A stretch of 64,000 nucleotides of DNA, from contig CAVTDB010000013.1 of the NCBI GenBank assembly GCA_963733375.1, positions 64,001 through 128,000 on the forward strand. The letters run 5' to 3'. Position 1 is the stretch's first letter. Each line of letters starts with the position of its first letter. This stretch comes from Nitrospirota bacterium. GTDB taxonomy: Bacteria > Nitrospirota > JACRHJ01. Below, piece by piece: positions 56,394-64,000 of this stretch. A program made the translations under genes and the position numbers. The notes below the pieces were generated by a model. It saw only the letters and a program-made list of their open reading frames with translations, had not been told where the DNA came from and made no database searches.

Positions 56394-57272
56394 TTGGAAG
56401 ACCGTAAAATAGAAGAATCACAGAAGAAAAACGAGGAGGGCCGGGAACTCCTTATGAAGCGCGAATACAGAAAGGCCAGGCAGGCATTCGATGAGGCGAT
56501 ACGTCTGGACCCGAAAAACGCCCGCGCCCATTCGGGGAAGGCAAACGCGCTGTTCGGGCTTGAGGAGCTTGAGAAGGCCGTCAAGGAAATGGAGAAGGCG
56601 CTGGAGCTTGCGCCGGACGATAAGGAAATACTGGACAACTACGGCGCGTATCTCTTCAACATGGGCAAGCACAAAGAGGCGCTGGGCGTGGCCGAGCGTT
56701 TGACTGACATGATGCCTGACGATGCGGATGCATGGTTCAAGCTCGCCTCCGTTCGGGAAGAGCTGGGCGAAATGGACGCCGCGCTGGAGGCGTATGACAA
56801 GTCGCTCGCGCTGGAGCCGGATTTCCTGGACGCGCTGAAGGACAAGGCGGCGCTCCTTGAGAAGGCGGGCAGGCTTCCGGAGGCGGCGGAGGTATTTAAA
56901 GTCGCGGCCGAAAAAGCCCCGACCGTAGCTTTTTTCCAGAACTGCATCGGCCAGATAATGGGGCGCTTAAATAAGTTCGACGAGGCGCTCGCGGCGTTCG
57001 AGAAGGCGGAGGTTGCCGACCCCGAAGGCGAGTACGCCAAGAACGGAAAGGCGGCGGCGCTTGCGAAACTGGGCAGGCTCGACGAGGCGCTCGCGGCGTT
57101 CGAGGACAGGATCCGGCTGAATAAGGACGACCCCTTCGCGTGGGACGGAAAGTCCTTCGTCCTGAAAACCATGGGGCGTAAGGAAGAGTCCGACACGGCC
57201 AAGTCGGAGGCGATAAGGCTTTTCCGCATTCTCGACAGCAATGACCATGGGACGTTCAGTTCTAAAGAATAA
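56394..57272 (+). CDS. TPR repeat protein
   Basis: Repeated TPR units (AIRLDPKNARAH, ALELAPDD). Confidence 0.85.
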   Translation: MEDRKIEESQKKNEEGRELLMKREYRKARQAFDEAIRLDPKNARAHSGKANALFGLEELEKAVKEMEKALELAPDDKEILDNYGAYLFNMGKHKEALGVAERLTDMMPDDADAWFKLASVREELGEMDAALEAYDKSLALEPDFLDALKDKAALLEKAGRLPEAAEVFKVAAEKAPTVAFFQNCIGQIMGRLNKFDEALAAFEKAEVADPEGEYAKNGKAAALAKLGRLDEALAAFEDRIRLNKDDPFAWDGKSFVLKTMGRKEESDTAKSEAIRLFRILDSNDHGTFSSKE

Positions 57273-57381
57273 ACCGTTACCTTTTTGGAAAAAGGTAACG
57301 CCAAAAACTTTTGGACAGGTTTAACCAGTCCAGCTTTCTTTTGTGTTACTTTTCTTTCTCGAAAGAAAAGTAACGACTTTA
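57270..57381. repeat. Double-hairpin repeat, copy J
   Basis: TAAACCGTTACCTTTTT-GG-AAAAAGGTAAC ... GTTACTTTTCTTT-ctcg-AAAGAAAAGTAACGACTTTA. Confidence 0.88.
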
Positions 57382-57391
57382 GGAGAATCCT

Positions 57392-57968
57392 ATGAGTAAA
57401 GGTCTGATTGCGGCGTTAGCTGTACTGGGCGCGATTGTTCTGGTCGTGCTTATGGTAGGCGGCAGCGTGATCGCCACCCGGAACCGCCTGGTCACGATGG
57501 ACGAGGCAATAAACGGGCAGTGGAGCCAGGTGGAAAACCAGACTGCAGAGACGAAACGACCTCATCCCGAACCTTGTCAATACCGTTAAAGGTTATGCCT
57601 CGCACGAAAAAGAGATATTCGAGAACATTGCCGCGGCGCGGGCGAAGATGGCGGGGGCCAGGACTAAAGACGACACCATAGACGGCGCAAACCAGATGAG
57701 CGGGGCGCTCTCCAGGCTGCTGATGGTGGTGGAGAGGTATCCGGACTTAAAGGCCAACCAGAACTTCTCCCAGCTCATGGACGAGCTGGCGGGGACTGAG
57801 AACAGGCTTTCCGTCGAGCGCAAGCGCTACAACGACCTCGTCCGCGACTACAACGCATCGCTAAGACGGTTCCCGGACAATATGATCGCCTCAATGTTCA
57901 ACCTGCACCCTGCGACGTATTTCAAGGTGCCCGAGGAAGCGAAGGCGGTGCCGAAGGTGCAATTTTAA
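57392..57968 (+). CDS. lemA: LemA family protein, frameshifted near 57541
   Basis: [25 protein letters not shown]. Confidence 0.88.
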
Positions 57969-58469
57969 ATGGGAAAGGTGGCGATATATCCCGGCACGTT
58001 CGACCCTATAACCAACGGACACGTGGATTTAATCAGACGTTCCCTGACCCTTTTCGATAAGGTCATAGTCGCCGTCGCCCCAAGCCCCAAGAAGAAACCC
58101 CTCTTCTCCGCGAAGGAGCGGGTGAAGATGATACGGGAAGCGACGGCAAACCTGGGCGATCGAGTCGAGGTGGAGCTTTTCGAGGGCTTGCTTGCCGAAC
58201 ATGTCAAGCGAAAAGGTGCAAACGTCGTGGTTCGTGGACTCCGGGCGGTCTCGGATTTCGAGTTCGAACTGCAGATGGCCCTGATGAACAGGCGGCTCTC
58301 CGACCAGGTGGAGACGGTCTTCATGATGCCTTCAGAGGAATATTCCTACACTTCTTCAACGGTCATAAAGGAAGTCGCCGCCCTGGGCGGCGACGTCTCC
58401 GGACTGGTGCCGGACTGCATACTGCCCTACCTTAAGAAGCACCTGGTCCCCAAATGCAGGGTAAAATAA
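57969..58469 (+). CDS. coaD: Phosphopantetheine adenylyltransferase
   Basis: YPGTFDPITNGH, RGLRAVSDFEFE. Confidence 0.96.
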   Translation: MGKVAIYPGTFDPITNGHVDLIRRSLTLFDKVIVAVAPSPKKKPLFSAKERVKMIREATANLGDRVEVELFEGLLAEHVKRKGANVVVRGLRAVSDFEFELQMALMNRRLSDQVETVFMMPSEEYSYTSSTVIKEVAALGGDVSGLVPDCILPYLKKHLVPKCRVK

Positions 58470-58524
58470 CACTTTTCTAATACTCCGGTGGGAGTTTTTC
58501 CCCGCTTTCCATAATAAAAATATT

Positions 58525-59565
58525 CTAGTCGAAAACCACTACCGCCTTTAGCGACTCGCCCGCCTTCGCGGTCAGCCGGAATGCCTCCCCGGCGTCCTTC
58601 AGGGGGAATTTATGCGTGATGATTTTATCCGCCGGGACTGCACCTTCGGAGATTAGTCTTAGCGCTTCGCGAGTGTCGTCGGGGCCGCAGGAGTAGCTCT
58701 GGACGATGGTTATCTCTTGAAAATACAGCCTGTTCGGCTCGATTTGCAAAATATCGCCCGGCGGCGGCGGGGTGAAAAATAAAACAGTCGCACCCGGCGC
58801 GGCGCACGATATACCCTGGGCCATCGCGGGGATGCTCCCCGGCCCCACTACCACCCTGTCCGCCCCGCCCCCCCCGCCGTCTCCGTCGCCAAATAGCTCC
58901 GTCAGCCGCTCTTTCGCATTTTCCCGCCTTACGTCCACAACTTCGTGCGCACCGATTTCAAGCGCCTTCTGAAGGCGGTACGGCACCATGTCCAGGCCGA
59001 TTACCTTCGACGCCCCCATGTGCCTCGCTAACACCACGAAGAGCGCGCCCATGACGCCGAGGCCGATTACCAGCACCTTATCGCCGGGCTTCACGCCAAG
59101 CCGCCGCATCCCTTTCACCACGCAGGCCAGCGGCTCGACAAGCGTTCCGGCCAGATAGTCCACCTCCGGGGGTAGTTTCAAGGTGTCCTGCTTCAGGTTT
59201 ATGGCGGGGATTTTTACATACTCGGCCAGGCCTCCCGGGAAGATGCGCGAGCGCTTCCATGTCTCGCACAAGACGTAATCGCCGCGGTCGCAGTAATGGC
59301 AGCTCATGCACGGCGCGTGGTGGTGGACGAATACCGGGTCGCCTATCTGAAAATCCGTAACTCCTTCACCCAGCGCGACAATCTCCCCGGCCGGCTCGTG
59401 CCCAAGGACCAGTGGCGCCTTCTTCTCGATGTACCACGGCATCACGTCGCCTGAGCATATGCCGCAGGCCTTCATCCTGATAAGCGCCTCACCACGCTCC
59501 ACCTCCGGGACGCGCCAATCCTCTATGCGGATGTCGTTAAAGCTATGTAATACGGCGACTTTCAT
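58525..59565 (-). CDS. Zn-dependent alcohol/polyol dehydrogenase
   Basis: CGICSGD, GHE, structural Zn cysteines, GLGVMG. Confidence 0.88.
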   Translation of the reverse strand: MKVAVLHSFNDIRIEDWRVPEVERGEALIRMKACGICSGDVMPWYIEKKAPLVLGHEPAGEIVALGEGVTDFQIGDPVFVHHHAPCMSCHYCDRGDYVLCETWKRSRIFPGGLAEYVKIPAINLKQDTLKLPPEVDYLAGTLVEPLACVVKGMRRLGVKPGDKVLVIGLGVMGALFVVLARHMGASKVIGLDMVPYRLQKALEIGAHEVVDVRRENAKERLTELFGDGDGGGGGADRVVVGPGSIPAMAQGISCAAPGATVLFFTPPPPGDILQIEPNRLYFQEITIVQSYSCGPDDTREALRLISEGAVPADKIITHKFPLKDAGEAFRLTAKAGESLKAVVVFD

Positions 59566-59566
59566 C

Positions 59567-59725
59567 TCACCTGTATCTACGGTTTATTTCCGCCCCGACA
59601 TACCAGCCGACGCCGCTCCCGACGAGGCTGACTATTATTGCGGTAGTTGTCCCGATGAGATCGCCAAGCCACCAGCCCATCCACCCGCCAAGCGTCGAGG
59701 TCATTAAGGTAAGAAGAGTTTGCAA
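59567..59725 (-). CDS. Small Gly-zipper membrane protein (not in ORF track; alternative start 59704)
   Basis: MTSTLGGWMGWWLGDLIGTTTAIIVSLVGSGVGWYVGAEINRRYR. Confidence 0.6.
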   Translation of the reverse strand: MQTLLTLMTSTLGGWMGWWLGDLIGTTTAIIVSLVGSGVGWYVGAEINRRYR

Positions 59726-59740
59726 AAAAGAGTCCCTTTC

Positions 59741-61376
59741 CTAAGACTTCCTTTTAAAAATCATACAGCTGGGTTCGGAGCCCGGCGAATACCCGCTGGC
59801 GTCATCCCCCCAACGATAGACGGTCCCGTTTTGGAGGATAACGGCGACACCGTCCAGTTCATAATTTTGAGTCAGATAGGTTTTTGCCCAGTTAAAAATC
59901 ATGGTTTGCGAATCCGGCCGAACCAGCCATGAGGTACTTACGTTAACCATCACAATGAATTTAGGTTTATTGGCTTCTATTTCCCTGGCCAATTCCTGCT
60001 GCATGAGGAGGGAATACTTCTGGTTTTCCATCAAGCCATACATGTAAATATGGCCAGTCGCCGAAATCCGGTCGGCATAAAAGAATATTTCCGGCTCCGA
60101 ACCAAGTACCGCAATGTAATCGGCCGCCGAGGTCCGTTCTTTTATATACTTTGCTATTGTATACGCTTCTGGAAACGGGTTGGCTCCATAGAGTATGCGG
60201 CTTGCCTCGGTCGGCCCTACAACAAAGAAAAACTCCCTTTCCGCATAAACACTGTAGCAGATTACCGTAATAAGTATCAATCCCGGAATAACCTTTGAAT
60301 AAACCATTGCGTTCCAGCGCATCAACAGATTCCTTGTCGAACAGACGGCTATGCCGCTCAGCAGAGCGACAGCCGGGAGTAGCAGCACAAAATAATGTTC
60401 ACGAAAATAAAAGCCCGGACAGATTGCCAGAAAGGAAAAAACGGCAAAGCCCCCGGAAAATTGTCTGGCCTTCTTCGGGGTAAGGTTTACAAACAAAAAA
60501 ATTGTCCCGACGCCCGCCAGGGCCCATAACAAAAAAGACTGGCGTGTTATTAAATATGCCTGCGATAAAAAGATCTGGGCCCCCATGTCGGGGGAAACGG
60601 AAGATGCATATTCACTCGCGTATTTAAAAGTCCAGAACCAGTATTTGCCGAATACTCCGCACATTAACATGAAAAGGCTGAAAAATGAGAAAGGGATTAC
60701 CAGAACCTGCCAGAAATAAAACTACACTGCCCGCGGTCCGGCGAAATTCTTTGAATAGCTTTTCCCTCTCTACCCATAGTAGATACATCAGCGCAAATAG
60801 CGCAAAGAATACCCCATGCTGTTTCATGAGAAAAGCCAGGCCGAACAACAAGCCGCTCCAGAGATAGAGGCTCATCCGCCTGGAATTTACGGCTTTAAAC
60901 AAAACCAGGTATCCCGCGAGGGCGAAAAATATGACGAAATTAGTCGCATGGGCAAAAACGCCGAGAACTTCGGGGCCAAGGGAGAGCACCGCAAAAACCG
61001 CCGCCGCGGACAAGCCGGCTACCCGGTCGAACAGGCTTTTGGCCAGCAGATAAACCATTATGATGGTCAGGGCGTTTACGATGAGCAGGCCCAGATGGAT
61101 CGCGGACGCCGACTGGCCGAAGACCAGCATAAACAACGCGTACAAAACTGAGACGCCGGGGAGCTTCATGGTGTATGCGTGGACAAAAGGAGGTATGCCC
61201 CGGAGGATAAGCTGGGCAAAATACGCGAATTCACCCTCGTCCCGTTCAAGCGGGACCGGCAACAGGCGGACCCTGACGATCGAGGTAAATAATAAAATTA
61301 TAAATAGGGCCGCGTAATCCAGGTAATTTTTAACGGGGCTGGCGTTTGGTTGATTGACGGCCATAATATACCTCAA
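59741..61376 (-). CDS. GT-C fold membrane glycosyltransferase (ArnT/PMT-like), frameshifted
   Basis: PLERDEGEFAY, KLPG, LMKQHG, many TMs. Confidence 0.8.
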
Positions 61377-61442
61377 AAAACGTCGCGATTACATGCCTGG
61401 AAGAACCAAACCCCGCTTGTAGAGGTGGGGCGTTAAATATTT

Positions 61443-61917
61443 CTACCCCTGCTCCTTATGCCGGCTGCGGACGGCGCGCTCCACTTCGCGCTTTGCCTCT
61501 TTCTCTTTGAGGCTCTCGCGGACGTCGTAGAGTTTTTTGCCCTTGGCTAGGCCTATCTCGACCTTGGCCTTGTTTCCCTTGAAATATAGCTTGAGCGGGA
61601 TGAGCGTGTATCCCTTCAGGGTGAGCGAACCCTGGAGACTTTTGATCTCTTTTTTGTGCAGGAGCAGTTTTCTCGTGCGCTCGGGGTCTAGGTTCCAGAT
61701 GTTCCCGTGAGAATATGGCGAGATGTGACAGCCGATAAGCCAGGCTTCTTCACCCTTTATCTGGACATATGAGTCCTTCAGCCTGCGCGCGCCCCTCCCG
61801 GAGGGACTTCACCTCCGTCCCGGCAAGGGCAAGACCTGCCTCCAGAGTCTCCTCTATGAAGAAGTCGTGATAGGCCTTCCTGTTTGAAGTTACGAGCTTG
61901 AAATCGTCTTTCGGCAT
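61443..61917 (-). CDS. smpB: SsrA-binding protein SmpB, one extra base near 61785 (absent from ORF track)
   Basis: Hand translation [26 protein letters not shown] / [22 protein letters not shown]. Confidence 0.92.
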
Positions 61918-62047
61918 AAGGGAAATTTAACACAGGGGGAAGATTTTATAAAGAGGTAAATACAGATGGGGGGAATGGTCTCACGTGCAGAGGCCCCGCC
62001 AATAGTGGCGAGGCCCTGTCAAAACCCACCGAGATGTCAGTGCCGGA

Positions 62048-62641
62048 TTACGCCGCCAGAGGCATTCCTCCGGCAAGTTCGCCTTCTTTTTTGTCCTGCG
62101 ACATGACGGAAAGGGCCAGCCAGGTTAGTCCTTCGACCGCGTCCCCGCCGAGCCGGAGCGATTTTCTGAAGCTCACCTGGGCTTCGCCGAACCTGCCCAG
62201 GGCCATCAGGCAACGCGCCTTCTGGTAATGTCCCGCACCGTCCCACGGCGCGCGGGCCAGATAGCCGTCAAGGACTTTTATGGCGTCAGCAGGTTTTCCG
62301 GATTTATAAAGACAGGCGCCTTTAATAAGCATAAAGAAGGGCGTTTCGGGGCAGGTTTTTATTGCTTCCAGGCATTTAAGGTACTCCTCCGAAAGCAGGA
62401 GCGACGCGGCGAACATTTTCTTGTACTTGGTAGACGCCGGCTTCAGGGAGCAGGCCTTCTCAAAATCGGAGGCGGCTTTTTTGTTCATCGAAAGGAGCAT
62501 ATATGCTTTTCCGCGGAGGTAGAAAAATTCAGGCAGGGTCTTTCCACGGTCAATCTCTTTAGTTAAGACGCAGACTGCATTTGAGCATTTAATGGCATTG
62601 AAACGCTTGATCTTAGAGAATTGAGTACTCATGGACAACAC
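62048..62641 (-). CDS. TPR repeat protein
   Basis: TPR-like units (FYLRGKAY, HYQKARCLMALGRF). Confidence 0.7.
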   Translation of the reverse strand: MLSMSTQFSKIKRFNAIKCSNAVCVLTKEIDRGKTLPEFFYLRGKAYMLLSMNKKAASDFEKACSLKPASTKYKKMFAASLLLSEEYLKCLEAIKTCPETPFFMLIKGACLYKSGKPADAIKVLDGYLARAPWDGAGHYQKARCLMALGRFGEAQVSFRKSLRLGGDAVEGLTWLALSVMSQDKKEGELAGGMPLAA

Positions 62642-62747
62642 CTCGTCTTTAGGATGTGGAGAGAACTATGCCCGATTGGATTTTAGGCGCTCCTTTTTAA
62701 TATAGCATTAAAAACCGCCCTGTCAAATTTGAGGGCCTTTTTCTTCG

Positions 62748-64000
62748 TTATTCCCATTCGATAGTGGCGGGCGGCTTACTGGAAATATCGTAGCAGACGC
62801 GGTTTACGCCCTTGATTTCGTTGATTATGCGGTTCGATATGGCCCCCAGGAGTTCGTAGGGGAGGTGCACCCAGTCGGCGGTCATGCCGTCCTTTGAGTG
62901 TACGGCCCGAAGCGCCACGACGCTCTCGTATGTGCGCTCGTCTCCCATCACACCCACCGTTTGTATCGGCAGGAGCACGGCAAACGACTGCCATATCTCC
63001 CTGTAAAGCCCCGCCTTCTTTATCTCGTCCAGGACGATTGCGTCCGCCTCCCGGAGGACCTCCAGCCGTTCCTTCGTCACCTCGCCCAGTATCCTTATGG
63101 CAAGGCCCGGCCCGGGGAAAGGCTGCCGCCAGATGATATCTTCCGGCAGGCCCAGTTCCGCTCCCAGCTCACGTACCTCGTCCTTGAACAGCTCCCGGAG
63201 CGGCTCGACGAGCTTCAGCTTCATCTTCTCCGGCAGGCCGCCGACGTTATGGTGGCTCTTTATTATCGCCGACGGCCCCTTGAACGATACGCTTTCTATA
63301 ACGTCCGGATAGAGCGTCCCCTGCGCCAGGTATTCCGCGCCGTCGATTTTGACCGCCTCGGCGTCGAATATGTCGATGAAAGTGTTCCCGATGATCTTGC
63401 GCTTTTTCTCCGGGTCTTCCACTCCCGCAAGCCGGGACAAAAACGTCTCCGAGACGTCCACGTATATGAGTTGAAGGCCCATCGTGGAAAGAGTCTGCCG
63501 GACTCGCTCCGCCTCGCCCTTCCTCAGCACCCCGTTATTTACGAATATGCAGGTAAGCTGGTTCTCCTATGGCCTTATGGACGAGAGCGGCGACGACGGT
63601 GGAGTCCACGCCGCCTGAGAGGGCGCAGATCACATTTTTGCTTCCGACCTGCTTTTTGATTATGTCCACGGAATATTCGATAAAAGACGCCATCGTCCAG
63701 GACGGCGTGCAGCCGCAAATGGCCAGGAAGTTCTTCAGTATCTGGAAGCCCTGCGGGGTATGGGCGACCTCCGGATGGAACTGCACCCCGAAGAATTTTT
63801 TTGAATGGTCCGCCATGGCGGCGGTGGGCGAATTATCGGTATGGGCAATGACGGAGAACCCGTCCGGCATCTTCTCGATCCTGTCTCCGTGGCTCATCCA
63901 GACAATGGTGGTGTTCTCAGGCGAGTCGCCCGTGCCGCCTGCATATTTCAGGAGGTCGCTTTCGTCGTCAAGCGCCAGTTCCGCCCTGCCGTACTCGCGT
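62748..64000 (-). CDS. guaA: GMP synthase (5' truncated by window, frameshift near 63565)
   Basis: [38 protein letters not shown]. Confidence 0.95.

Overview
A 64 kb GC-rich bacterial chromosomal segment. Gene style (multiheme cytochrome with ResB/CcsA, REC-PilZ, ctaA/ctaB) suggests a Nitrospirota/Desulfobacterota-like organism (inference). It is mostly core genes: ctaA/B, kimA-like transporter, trmFO-xerC-hslVU-argB, yqeY-mutS2-dnaG-rpoD-dciA, uvrA, cysK, tsaC, queC, nth, coaD, smpB, guaA. Single-base frameshifts occur even in essential genes and look like long-read assembly errors. The most unusual item is a Fic gene (8281-9708) that stays in one frame but has seven in-frame stops and many missense changes, nearly all explainable as coding-strand C->A or C->G, confined to that gene. 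Other highlights: a dense family of intergenic double-hairpin REPIN/MITE-like repeats fused to stop codons and RBSs; a second mini-repeat nested inside them; a c-di-AMP riboswitch carrying a REP-like hairpin; an accessory hot spot (30-35 kb) with direct-repeat-flanked cassettes and an orphan TIR-like protein; several apparently leaderless genes; and small ORFs missed by the ORF track. No tRNA, rRNA, CRISPR array or transposase was recognised.
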